A stretch of 35,353 nucleotides of DNA from a virus (taxonomy: Duplodnaviria; Heunggongvirae; Uroviricota; Caudoviricetes): IMG/VR virus record IMGVR_UViG_2563367158_000002; one strand, 5' to 3'. The notes beneath the pieces are model-generated. The model saw only the letters and a list, made by a program, of their open reading frames with translations, was not told the DNA's origin and made no database searches. Of the stretch, positions 27,856 through 35,353 are shown in pieces (position 1 is the stretch's first letter; each line of letters opens with the position of its first letter). The position numbers and the translations under genes were made by a program.

Positions 27856-28078
27856 AGCTATCCTTTTTGCATCATCCACATAAAAAATCGACCTCATGTT
27901 AGCAACAGGATGCTTACTTTTGAATATTTGTAAGTTGTTAGCTCTCCAACCTAACTCTTTTCAACCGTCAAAAACCAGCACCAACGCAGTAAAAATATGT
28001 CTGTCAACTAACGCCTCGCTTCGCTCGTTGTTCAACCCCGCCAGCCCTGAAAACAAGTTTCACGACTGGCGGCGTTCT

Positions 28079-28285
28079 CTATCGTCTGCGTGGTGGTGGC
28101 GCAACTCTGGACTGACCGATATCGTTAAACCGTCTGTAATTATCCCGGACTATTTCGGCACACCCGACCAACTCGTCAGGCGTCAGATTTTCGTTGAGCA
28201 TAATCTGCTGTAGACGGTGAACAATGGCCATCAGTTTGATATTTTTAGTTTTATGGTGCGGTATCTCGCCTGGTATTCTGTGCAT
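28079..28285 (-). CDS. Small basic protein (68 aa), translationally coupled to the upstream ASCH-like gene
   Basis: Its ATG overlaps the stop of the preceding gene (TAATG); MHRIPGEIPHHKTKNIKLMAIVHRLQQIM...APPPRRR; no recognisable family; may be non-coding. Confidence 0.4.
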   Translation of the reverse strand: MHRIPGEIPHHKTKNIKLMAIVHRLQQIMLNENLTPDELVGCAEIVRDNYRRFNDIGQSRVAPPPRRR

Positions 28286-28740
28286 TATCCAAGCCACCCA
28301 TTTTGCTTTGCACGCTCCACCTGTTCATCTGAATAGTTCCATATCCCATCCGTAGCAACCACTGCCCCGCCAGACATCCCCGTCTCTGGTTCATACATAA
28401 CAGCAAGGCCGAGCTGATGCATAATTTCATGATTAATTCTGAATACCAGACCACGTTCACTAAGTTCTTTCCAGTTCACAATCTTATATGCGCCCGTATT
28501 AAGCAGCTCAATACTTAGCAAGACATAATCTTCCAGCCAGTCTGACAGGTCAGTAACATCTGTTATCCGGGCTTCAACCTTTCGCCCCGTAAACACACCC
28601 TGCACCCATTCATGCAAAATCAGCGTGTCCCCGCGCTCATAATTACGGTCATTTTTCCGAAACTCTGCGCGTTTCTTTCCTTCCAGCACAAGGTCAAAAT
28701 ATTTGGCGTGCAGCTTTACCTCGTGAATTTTTGCCATCAT
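28285..28740 (-). CDS. ASCH/PUA-like (DUF3850-type) domain protein with C-terminal HExxH motif (about 151 aa)
   Basis: N-terminal pattern IHEVKLHAKYFDLVLEGKKRAEFRKNDRNYERGDTLILHEW resembles ASCH/DUF3850 from memory; C-terminal HEIMH (plus strand 28417-28431); its ATG overlaps the A stop (ATGA), suggesting co-translation in the early operon. Confidence 0.7.
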   Translation of the reverse strand: MMAKIHEVKLHAKYFDLVLEGKKRAEFRKNDRNYERGDTLILHEWVQGVFTGRKVEARITDVTDLSDWLEDYVLLSIELLNTGAYKIVNWKELSERGLVFRINHEIMHQLGLAVMYEPETGMSGGAVVATDGIWNYSDEQVERAKQNGWLG

Positions 28741-31022
28741 TTCCACTCCATTACTATTGAGAATCCCGGCCACTCATCAGCGACCGGATACGTGAATTTT
28801 TTCCCGTCGTAATTTACGGTCGCGCCACGCGCCAGCGCCTCAAGCTCCCATCGCTGCGGCCTGATACCGTTCTGAGCGAGATCAACGCGGATACGGGTGA
28901 TTTGCAATCGTTCAGACCGGGTCAGTCTGGCCGATGGTGCAATTTCATGTGGTTTTAACGGGCTTCCGTTTCTTTGCTGACGATTTGGTGTTCTCAGGTC
29001 GTGTTTTAATGCCCCCCTGAGCGCCCTCACGACCTCCGTGTCGTTCCATTCGATAACACCGTCATCAACCAGATTAAGCACTGCTGCGGCGTGTTCAGAA
29101 GGTGTGGGAGCCGGTAACGAAGTATCACCACCGGTGAGCTTTCCACAGTTATTGACAGGACTCCGAGGCGCGGCGATGCCGCTTTTTAAAGTCAAAGGCT
29201 CAACGACCGGCACTTTCGGAACAATGCGCCAGTCCGTCGTTCTGGTGATATGAATATGACGCGCGCCGAGATGCGGCGCGTAAATGCCGACCACTCTCTC
29301 GACTTCTTCCTCGTACTCGTTAACTTCATCCGACGGACTACGGGCGACCCTGACAGTCTGACAATCGCGCGGGACATTTGCCCCACCCTGCGCGCTGATA
29401 TACAGCGCAAAATCACCACTGTCTGCGGCGGCGCGTGCAGCCTCGACGCGCTCGTCAAACTCATCAGCAATGCTGACGCCGCGAGGCAATTTGCGTAGTT
29501 CACGGTAAGCCCCCATTGTCGGCAGGCCAACCGTTTTAAATTGCGGAATGCGCCACGTTGACGCCCATGCGGTAACAGCCGCGGCAGTATCTTTCAGCGG
29601 TCTGCCGGTATCGTTATCGAGCTGCCCATCCAGTGCATAGCCGTCGATATTTTTTGAGATGTATTTCGCGATATACCCCGCAGCACCGCCCCGATTAAGA
29701 TGTTTTGCCTGAAAACGGTTTCGCGCAGCTCCTCTTTCGTCGCCATCCTCTTTGAGCGCGTAGCGACGCATGATTTCGATAATCTGGTTACGCTGGCGTG
29801 GATTACAAAAAAGCATCATATGCCAGTGCGGCGTTCCGTCGTGGTGTGGCTCGACGACTCGCAAACCGTAGACCTGTAAATTATTATCCTTGAATGCCGT
29901 GCGCATCAGGCTCCAGATACGGCAGAGATAACGCTGCGCATCCTTTGGATTAAATGCCTCATCGTTCCAGCCGTGATTTAGCTGGACGGTTTTACTTTCG
30001 CCTTTTCCAACCTGACGTGTCGGGTGATACTTTGACGGCGCGGTCAGCGTGATAAACATCCCCACATCACCTTCTGCGGCGGCGTAACGCTCAATACCGG
30101 CAATGGTGTTCATCAGCTCCATCCGGCGAATTTCAGGATTAGAAATACTGCCCATCACCTTACTGATAAGGTCGATGCGCTCGCCTGTTTCCCTGTTTTC
30201 GAGATCACACGATTTTAGAAATTCCAGATTTGCCTGGCGGCGTGCACGCACATCACGAATGGCATGTTTACTGGCATAAGGAGAACGGTCTTTATTGACC
30301 TCCCCGACAGCAATCAGTAACGCCTCATGCCAGCGCATACGCTGGCCTTTAAGCTGACTAATCCACCACTCATCGTTAAACAGACGGGCAATGGCAGAAT
30401 ATGCCTGCCTCGTGGTCATCTGTCCTTTACGGTATTTTTTCCAGTAGAGAGGGGAAATATTGAAAGCACGTGCAGCGCCAGCAACATGACCATAGAGGTG
30501 AGCCTGCGCCTCATCCGTAAACAGCGATTCTTTTTCGCCATGCGCATCCACCCAGGCATCGCTGAGTTCCTCATACATCATGAAAAGCTGCGATGAGATA
30601 CGGGCGGCAAACTTTTTCAGCTCCTTGTCATTCATTCCCGGCAGGCGCGCATAGTGGTCACGCTCAGCCAGAAACAGCATCGACGCGTCGGTGTTCATTT
30701 CATGGCGCTGATTCACACGCTCAATGCGCGGCCATAAACGACGCTGAAAAGTGGATGTGAGGAAATAAAACCCGTGCACCGGGCTTTTATTGCGCCGGAT
30801 GTAGTCATAGCGTGACGTAAACAGCGAGCGCAAAAAGTAAGGCAGGCGGTTAATCGTGGATAAAACACCTTGCACCTGACGCATCTCGTCACGTGTAAGG
30901 GGTCTTTCGCGCCCGACAGCCTCGCGTGGCGCGTTCCATGCATAAGCACCGGTAAACGCCTTACCGGTGCCTGCAGCAAATGCTGACGGAGGGACAAAAT
31001 GCCCGGAGGCTTTAACGGCCAT
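28737..31022 (-). CDS. A: Replication initiation protein A (rolling-circle nickase, 761 aa)
   Basis: Start at the first ATG (MAVKASGHFVPPSAFAAG...) giving the P2 gpA length; the track ORF begins at an upstream TTG. Confidence 0.93.
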   Translation of the reverse strand: MAVKASGHFVPPSAFAAGTGKAFTGAYAWNAPREAVGRERPLTRDEMRQVQGVLSTINRLPYFLRSLFTSRYDYIRRNKSPVHGFYFLTSTFQRRLWPRIERVNQRHEMNTDASMLFLAERDHYARLPGMNDKELKKFAARISSQLFMMYEELSDAWVDAHGEKESLFTDEAQAHLYGHVAGAARAFNISPLYWKKYRKGQMTTRQAYSAIARLFNDEWWISQLKGQRMRWHEALLIAVGEVNKDRSPYASKHAIRDVRARRQANLEFLKSCDLENRETGERIDLISKVMGSISNPEIRRMELMNTIAGIERYAAAEGDVGMFITLTAPSKYHPTRQVGKGESKTVQLNHGWNDEAFNPKDAQRYLCRIWSLMRTAFKDNNLQVYGLRVVEPHHDGTPHWHMMLFCNPRQRNQIIEIMRRYALKEDGDERGAARNRFQAKHLNRGGAAGYIAKYISKNIDGYALDGQLDNDTGRPLKDTAAAVTAWASTWRIPQFKTVGLPTMGAYRELRKLPRGVSIADEFDERVEAARAAADSGDFALYISAQGGANVPRDCQTVRVARSPSDEVNEYEEEVERVVGIYAPHLGARHIHITRTTDWRIVPKVPVVEPLTLKSGIAAPRSPVNNCGKLTGGDTSLPAPTPSEHAAAVLNLVDDGVIEWNDTEVVRALRGALKHDLRTPNRQQRNGSPLKPHEIAPSARLTRSERLQITRIRVDLAQNGIRPQRWELEALARGATVNYDGKKFTYPVADEWPGFSIVMEWK

Positions 31023-31287
31023 ATGAGCCAAAAGCCTCTGAACAACGCTTGCTGAGTTGCTCAACCTGCGCGTTTAAATCAGCAAAAGACTTTGCGCTTC
31101 CGGTCAGAATATCGTGATGCATCAGGCCGGAAACGAGCTGGCTTAATTTCGGATAATAACCAACCACCGCCAGCCATTCCTGACCGGCGTTTTTACCGCT
31201 TTCCGCTCTCTTTTTCTCGTGGAGAATAAACTGAAAGCTGTCACTGGTAACGACATAACGTTCGCCAATTTCAATACGAATACTCAT
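31012..31287 (-). CDS. Small early-operon protein (91 aa), positional equivalent of P2 orf83
   Basis: ATG with GGAG RBS; lies between B and A as the small ORFs do in P2; assignment by position only. Confidence 0.7.
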   Translation of the reverse strand: MSIRIEIGERYVVTSDSFQFILHEKKRAESGKNAGQEWLAVVGYYPKLSQLVSGLMHHDILTGSAKSFADLNAQVEQLSKRCSEAFGSYGR

Positions 31288-31508
31288 GCCGTTCTCCGGT
31301 AATGTTTGTTTTTTGCTTCAAAGACTGACTGGCAGGAAACACAACGCGTGGCTGACGGATAAGCCGCACGACGGGCAGCAGGTATTGGCGCGTCACACTC
31401 TTCGCAAACCAGCGCAGAAGCACCGCAATGTTTTACCCTTGCCGCGTTAATCTGGCGCTCCAGTAATTCAGCCTGTTGTTCCTGAATAAAATCTACGTTG
31501 TCCGGCAT
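31284..31508 (-). CDS. TraR/DksA-family C4 zinc-finger protein (74 aa), positional equivalent of P2 orf82
   Basis: CEECDAPIP...RCVSCQ four-cysteine motif; AAGGAG RBS. Confidence 0.8.
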   Translation of the reverse strand: MPDNVDFIQEQQAELLERQINAARVKHCGASALVCEECDAPIPAARRAAYPSATRCVSCQSVFEAKNKHYRRTA

Positions 31509-31510
31509 TA

Positions 31511-31810
31511 TCAGCTCCTTTTATCGTTAAGTTTCCTGGATACATCAGCGCAATAACTGGCAAGTTCTGTCGTTAATTTTGTCATTTCATCCACTGAGGA
31601 AATTTGCTTGTGGAATACAGCTCGTTTAACAAGTAAATTGACCACATCAGACAGGAGGTTTAATTCATTCTGATAAATCGCGATAACAGATTCAGTTATG
31701 TCGCGTTTTTCTTTATCAAGACAAAGTTGAATAAGAGATAAATCACCATTTTCCATAACGGCGATTTTTAAGGCGTTATTCAGTAATACAACTGAATGAG
31801 AGCAGGACAT
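31511..31810 (-). CDS. Small early-operon protein (about 99 aa), positional equivalent of P2 orf81
   Basis: ATG overlaps the stop of the upstream ORF (ATGA); start could instead be the internal ATG at 31756 (81 aa). Confidence 0.65.
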   Translation of the reverse strand: MSCSHSVVLLNNALKIAVMENGDLSLIQLCLDKEKRDITESVIAIYQNELNLLSDVVNLLVKRAVFHKQISSVDEMTKLTTELASYCADVSRKLNDKRS

Positions 31811-32034
31811 CAAAGCACCTCCCCGCGAGACAATCCGATATTGTGAAATTTTTCCGACTCCTGACTGAGCAGCTCGACTATCTCCACGCGGGATAACTCC
31901 GCCTTTGTGATATGGCGAATCATGGCGTCAAGATGAGAAGAAAAGCGCGTCGCAGCGTCGGCCTGTGCTTCGGTTCTGGCCTGTTGCAGCAGTAATGCGT
32001 ATTTACCGCACTGATTTTCAGAAACTGTATGCAT
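31810..32034 (-). CDS. Small early-operon protein (74 aa), positional equivalent of P2 orf80
   Basis: ATG with GGAG RBS; conserved position after B. Confidence 0.7.
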   Translation of the reverse strand: MHTVSENQCGKYALLLQQARTEAQADAATRFSSHLDAMIRHITKAELSRVEIVELLSQESEKFHNIGLSRGEVL

Positions 32035-32097
32035 GACTTTCTCCAGGCAAAAAGAAGCCCCGCACGATTAAGTGCGTTAAAAACTCTGGTTAATTAT

Positions 32098-32598
32098 TTA
32101 ATGCAGATATTGCTCTGGTTTTACCGACGTCAGAATTGTCGGTGCATACTCAAACAGGCTGAATAATTCACGTAATGCACGGAATAAAGCATCACGCCAG
32201 TAACATGACTCTTCATTAATTCGCCAGTATGGCTGGTTGAATTCTTTTTCAGTCAATCCGGCATGCATAAATAAAGTACGGCGCTGACTGACAGTTAAAA
32301 AGCTAATATATGCATACTCACTTGCACCGACCTGACGGCGTTTTGAGAATGCCCCACGCAGTTCATCAATTGCACAAACCAGCCGTTCACGTTCGACGTC
32401 GTTCATTTCTTCAAAACGCATCGTTGCGTGACGTTGTTTTAACTGCGCATGAAAGCAAACTGTTAGCCGTTCGCGCTCCATCATCTGATTGTAATAATCA
32501 CATGTCTCCTGCCAGCGAGGGACGGCCAGATGCTTACCAATTATCCGGCGCATAGTTGCTGGCTGTTTTTCGACTAGATTGAGCGTCATCACTGTCAT
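32098..32598 (-). CDS. B: Replication protein B (helicase loader, 166 aa)
   Basis: P2 gpB length and sequence. Confidence 0.92.
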   Translation of the reverse strand: MTVMTLNLVEKQPATMRRIIGKHLAVPRWQETCDYYNQMMERERLTVCFHAQLKQRHATMRFEEMNDVERERLVCAIDELRGAFSKRRQVGASEYAYISFLTVSQRRTLFMHAGLTEKEFNQPYWRINEESCYWRDALFRALRELFSLFEYAPTILTSVKPEQYLH

Positions 32599-32765
32599 TT
32601 CCAGACCCTCCGGCTTTTCAGAAAGGTCAGAACCTTTTTTAACGGACTCTGTTTTTTGGTGCGGATAATGATTCCCTTACGCCCCTTACCGTGGGTGATG
32701 GTGAAGTCAATCGCCCTGGGGCTTTCGTTACGCAATAACTGAGCAATACAACGAGGCTCATTCAT
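32595..32765 (-). CDS. Small basic protein (56 aa) between cox and B, positional equivalent of P2 orf78
   Basis: ATG with AAGGAG RBS; the track ORF (64 aa) starts at an upstream GTG. Confidence 0.6.
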   Translation of the reverse strand: MNEPRCIAQLLRNESPRAIDFTITHGKGRKGIIIRTKKQSPLKKVLTFLKSRRVWK

Positions 32766-32775
32766 ACGGTTCTCC

Positions 32776-33051
32776 TTAACGTGGTTCACCGAGACCTAAC
32801 CACATCAACCAGCCGTCACGAATCTCTTTAGGACGGCTTTCATAAGCCAGTTTTAGTCCGTTATTCCATGCCGGAAGGTATACCCAATATTCACCAGCAC
32901 GCCCCGATACTGACTGAGGGTCAGTAATCTCAATAACTGGTAATTTCCCTTTCTCAATCATGCCCCTTACAGCTCTTGGAGTTTTACCAATGAGTTTTGC
33001 AAACTCCTGATAAGGCACGGCATCAGTCACGCTTACAAGCTGTCTATTCAT
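32776..33051 (-). CDS. cox: Cox (excisionase and lytic-switch repressor, 91 aa)
   Basis: P2 Cox length; first gene of the early operon, divergent from C. Confidence 0.9.
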   Translation of the reverse strand: MNRQLVSVTDAVPYQEFAKLIGKTPRAVRGMIEKGKLPVIEITDPQSVSGRAGEYWVYLPAWNNGLKLAYESRPKEIRDGWLMWLGLGEPR

Positions 33052-33172
33052 CTGCTACGATTCTCCCTTAGTGCTTCTAATGGCTCCTAATGGCTAATTA
33101 TTGCCTAAAAGGATAACTCCAGAAGCACAACATTTCACACTATCAGCAAGAAATTACGCAATCGGAGTAATT
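33052..33172. promoter_or_regulatory. Immunity switch region between cox and C, with direct repeats CTAATGGCT (33077-33085 and 33087-33095) as candidate C operator
   Basis: Two identical 9-bp direct repeats one helical turn apart between the divergent genes; P2-like C repressors bind direct repeats. Promoter hexamers not confidently assigned. Confidence 0.5.
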
Positions 33173-33472
33173 ATGTCAATAGACGTTTCGGAGAAGTTGA
33201 AGCTAATCCGTGAATCTGAAAGGTTAAACCGTAAAGAATTCAGTGAATTAACTGGTGTAGCCTACAGCTCACTTTCGAGCTATGAGAGCCGGTCAAAAAA
33301 CGCTGGAGTTGAAGCCATAATGAAGGTCTTACAACATCCTAGATTTACTAAATATACTTTGTGGTTCATGACTGATCAGGTAGCTCCAGAAGCCGGGCAA
33401 ATTGCGCCCGCTCTCGCACACTTTGGGCAAAACGAAACAACGTCGCCCCACTCCGGTCAAAAGACTGGTTAA
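33173..33472 (+). CDS. C: C immunity repressor (99 aa)
   Basis: Start at the ATG with GGAG RBS (MSIDVSEKLKLIRESE...) giving the P2 C length; helix-turn-helix-like N-terminus; the track ORF begins at an upstream TTG. Confidence 0.88.
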   Translation: MSIDVSEKLKLIRESERLNRKEFSELTGVAYSSLSSYESRSKNAGVEAIMKVLQHPRFTKYTLWFMTDQVAPEAGQIAPALAHFGQNETTSPHSGQKTG

Positions 33473-33587
33473 CAATTTATCGTGAATATATTCATCACAA
33501 GTGCCTACTATTGGTGGCTAAATTTCAGCCACCACGAAAAAAGCGATTAGTAGTAGCAAAAAAAAGTACCACTCGGAGGGTTTTCTG

Positions 33588-34601
33588 ATGGCAATCAAAA
33601 AACTCGATGATGGTCGATATGAAGTGGACATCCGCCCTACTGGACGTAACGGAAAACGCATCCGTAGGAAGTTTGATAAGAAAAGCGAAGCTGTCGCTTT
33701 CGAAAAATACACGTTGTACAACCACCACAATAAAGAATGGCTATCAAAACCAACAGACAAACGACGTCTGTCGGAACTGACACAGATCTGGTGGGATTTA
33801 AAGGGTAAACACGAAGAGCATGGGAAATCTAATCTTGGAAAAATTGAAATCTTCACAAAAATAACGAATGACCCATGCGCATTTCAAATCACGAAATCCC
33901 TTATCAGCCAGTACTGCGCCACCCGAAGAAGTCAGGGTATTAAACCTTCGAGTATCAATCGTGATTTAACATGTATTAGCGGCATGTTTACAGCCCTGAT
34001 TGAAGCGGAGTTATTCTTTGGTGAGCACCCTATCAGAGGGACAAAGAGGCTTAAGGAGGAAAAACCAGAAACAGGCTATCTCACACAGGAAGAAATTGCC
34101 TTACTGCTTGCAGCACTTGACGGCGACAATAAAAAGATTGCGATTCTTTGCCTGAGTACAGGAGCACGTTGGGGAGAAGCAGCTCGTTTGAAAGCAGAAA
34201 ATATCATCCATAACCGCGTCACGTTTGTTAAAACGAAAACAAACAAACCACGCACCGTCCCGATCTCAGAGGCTGTTGCCAAAATGATCGCGGATAACAA
34301 ACGAGGTTTTTTATTCCCTGATGCTGATTACCCTCGCTTCAGACGAACAATGAAAGCAATAAAACCGGATTTGCCAACGGGGCAAGCCACACATGCACTA
34401 AGGCACAGCTTTGCCACTCATTTCATGATTAATGGAGGAAGTATTATCACGCTACAACGGATACTAGGTCACACGCGGATTGAGCAAACTATGGTTTACG
34501 CTCATTTTGCGCCAGAGTACCTTCAGGACGCCATTTCTCTTAATCCGCTAAGAGGTGGTACTGAGGCCGAGAGTGTCCACACAGTGTCCACAGTAGAGTA
34601 A
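33588..34601 (+). CDS. int: Tyrosine integrase (337 aa)
   Basis: P2 Int length; C-terminal catalytic residues (ARWGE...HALRHSFATHF...MVYAHF); adjacent to attR. Confidence 0.93.
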   Translation: MAIKKLDDGRYEVDIRPTGRNGKRIRRKFDKKSEAVAFEKYTLYNHHNKEWLSKPTDKRRLSELTQIWWDLKGKHEEHGKSNLGKIEIFTKITNDPCAFQITKSLISQYCATRRSQGIKPSSINRDLTCISGMFTALIEAELFFGEHPIRGTKRLKEEKPETGYLTQEEIALLLAALDGDNKKIAILCLSTGARWGEAARLKAENIIHNRVTFVKTKTNKPRTVPISEAVAKMIADNKRGFLFPDADYPRFRRTMKAIKPDLPTGQATHALRHSFATHFMINGGSIITLQRILGHTRIEQTMVYAHFAPEYLQDAISLNPLRGGTEAESVHTVSTVE

Positions 34602-34680
34602 CGTTTAAGGGCTTTCAGTGGTAATTTATGCCGCTCAAACCCGCATTGTACCGTTGAAAGCCCCTACTGGTGACACCCTA

Positions 34681-34708
34681 AATCTCCCTTACACGGGCTT
34701 ATTTTTTA
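34681..34708. repeat. attR core, 28-bp direct repeat identical to 1507-1534
   Basis: Exact repeat read in the sequence; about 80 bp downstream of the int stop. Confidence 0.85.
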
Positions 34709-35035
34709 TGCATAAGCCCTATCCCTGGTCACCGTCTTCCATTGACCACATCGATAGAATCCTCCTTCATAGCACGATGCTTTTCACTTATCGACATCGT
34801 GCTCGCACAGGTTCCGGTTACGCACAGCCAGAACGCGCATGTTTGACGCTTACCAAAAAATGAACCTAAAGCATTGGAACATTTTTGACATCATTTTCTG
34901 ATGGCTGCATAAAATAAAAATTCTGCTTTAGTTTCATCTATCTGTTTGTCATTATTACTCACATTCAATAATGGTGTTGAAGAATATCCCATCACAGATA
35001 AAATAAATATGTGCATGGTAGTCTTGAATCTATTC

Positions 35036-35353
35036 TCACTCTCCACATTTGAATGTCAGACGAGCGACGCCATGTAATCCTGCACCTTCTGTCTTCAGGT
35101 CAACTATCTGCATTTTTTTGCCCTGAGTAACACAGAAATGAACTGCATCATTTTTTACTATATTTTCTGCACCAGATATTCTACCCCTGGCTAAAGAAGC
35201 TTCGGCTTCGGTGTAGTATTGGTTATCGAGTTTACGCTGAATATTACTTTTATATGCAAGGCCAAATTTACCGATACTTGTCTCATCATTATGCACAGCA
35301 CAACCAGACATAAGAAAAACACTAATTAATGATATAGCAGCTATCTTTTTCAC
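35036..35353 (-). CDS. yegR: Host lipoprotein-like protein YegR (105 aa)
   Basis: MKKIAAISLISVFLMSGC signal peptide and lipobox; recognised as YegR, which flanks the cyaR/ogrK locus in E. coli K-12; start codon is at the window edge. Confidence 0.8.
   Translation of the reverse strand: MKKIAAISLISVFLMSGCAVHNDETSIGKFGLAYKSNIQRKLDNQYYTEAEASLARGRISGAENIVKNDAVHFCVTQGKKMQIVDLKTEGAGLHGVARLTFKCGE

Larger units (their letters stand above)
1507..34708. mobile_element. Complete P2-like (Peduovirus-type) prophage, about 33.2 kb, integrated at cyaR 3' end
   Basis: Roughly 40 genes in P2 synteny with P2-length products; tyrosine integrase next to attR; cos site present; 28-bp direct repeats at both ends. 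Confidence 0.95.

Noticed and set aside
27896-28213. 105-aa plus-strand ORF in the gap between the coupled small ORF and membrane protein A
   Set aside because: Low-complexity translation, no RBS, opposite in strand to all neighbouring genes; more likely non-coding.
28285-28773. 162-aa version of the ASCH-like protein starting inside A
   Set aside because: The ASCH-type N-terminus begins at MMAKIHE/MAKIHE and the ATGA overlap with the A stop gives a coupled start; the upstream 11 codons overlap the A coding sequence.
34618-34863. 81-aa plus-strand ORF spanning attR and the host flank
   Set aside because: Crosses the phage-host junction and the att core, with no RBS; a chance open frame.
1-35353. 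tRNA, rRNA, CRISPR, retron or insertion-sequence elements
   Set aside because: No cloverleaf-like tRNA sequence, no repeat-spacer array, no reverse transcriptase or transposase ORF and no terminal inverted repeats other than the att cores were seen.

Overview
The window is an Enterobacteriaceae (E. coli-type) chromosomal segment, yegQ - cyaR ... yegR, carrying a complete ~33.2-kb P2-like prophage inserted at the 3' end of the CyaR sRNA gene (the P2 locI-type site). The prophage is bounded by identical 28-bp direct repeats at 1507-1534 and 34681-34708. Gene order is the P2 order read right to left: ogr, D, U, T, E/E+E', FII, FI, [cargo], G, H, I, J, W, V, [cargo], S, R, lysC/lysB/lysA, K, Y, X, L, M, N, O (all minus strand), then P, Q (plus), cos, [cargo], A, four small ORFs, B, small ORF, cox (minus), and C, int (plus). 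Structural and replication proteins have P2 lengths and sequences as I recall them; the E+E' -1 frameshift site, the 19-nt cos end and an ogr promoter and terminator are all readable. Three visibly AT-rich cargo islands sit at the variable slots of P2-like phages and are the best candidates for an undescribed accessory or anti-phage system: (1) the Z/fun slot, a 455-aa protein with an RHLSAH (Rx4H, HEPN-like) motif; (2) the orf30 slot, an antisense 357-aa protein with two transmembrane segments; (3) the tin/old slot, where two adjacent membrane-anchored proteins replace tin and old, next to an ASCH-like protein with an HExxH motif and a 68-aa basic ORF, both translationally coupled to gene A. 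Functions of the cargo genes are inference only; no database search or computation could be run. The bacterial flank right of attR also contains a short degenerate copy of the phage ogr-proximal arm.
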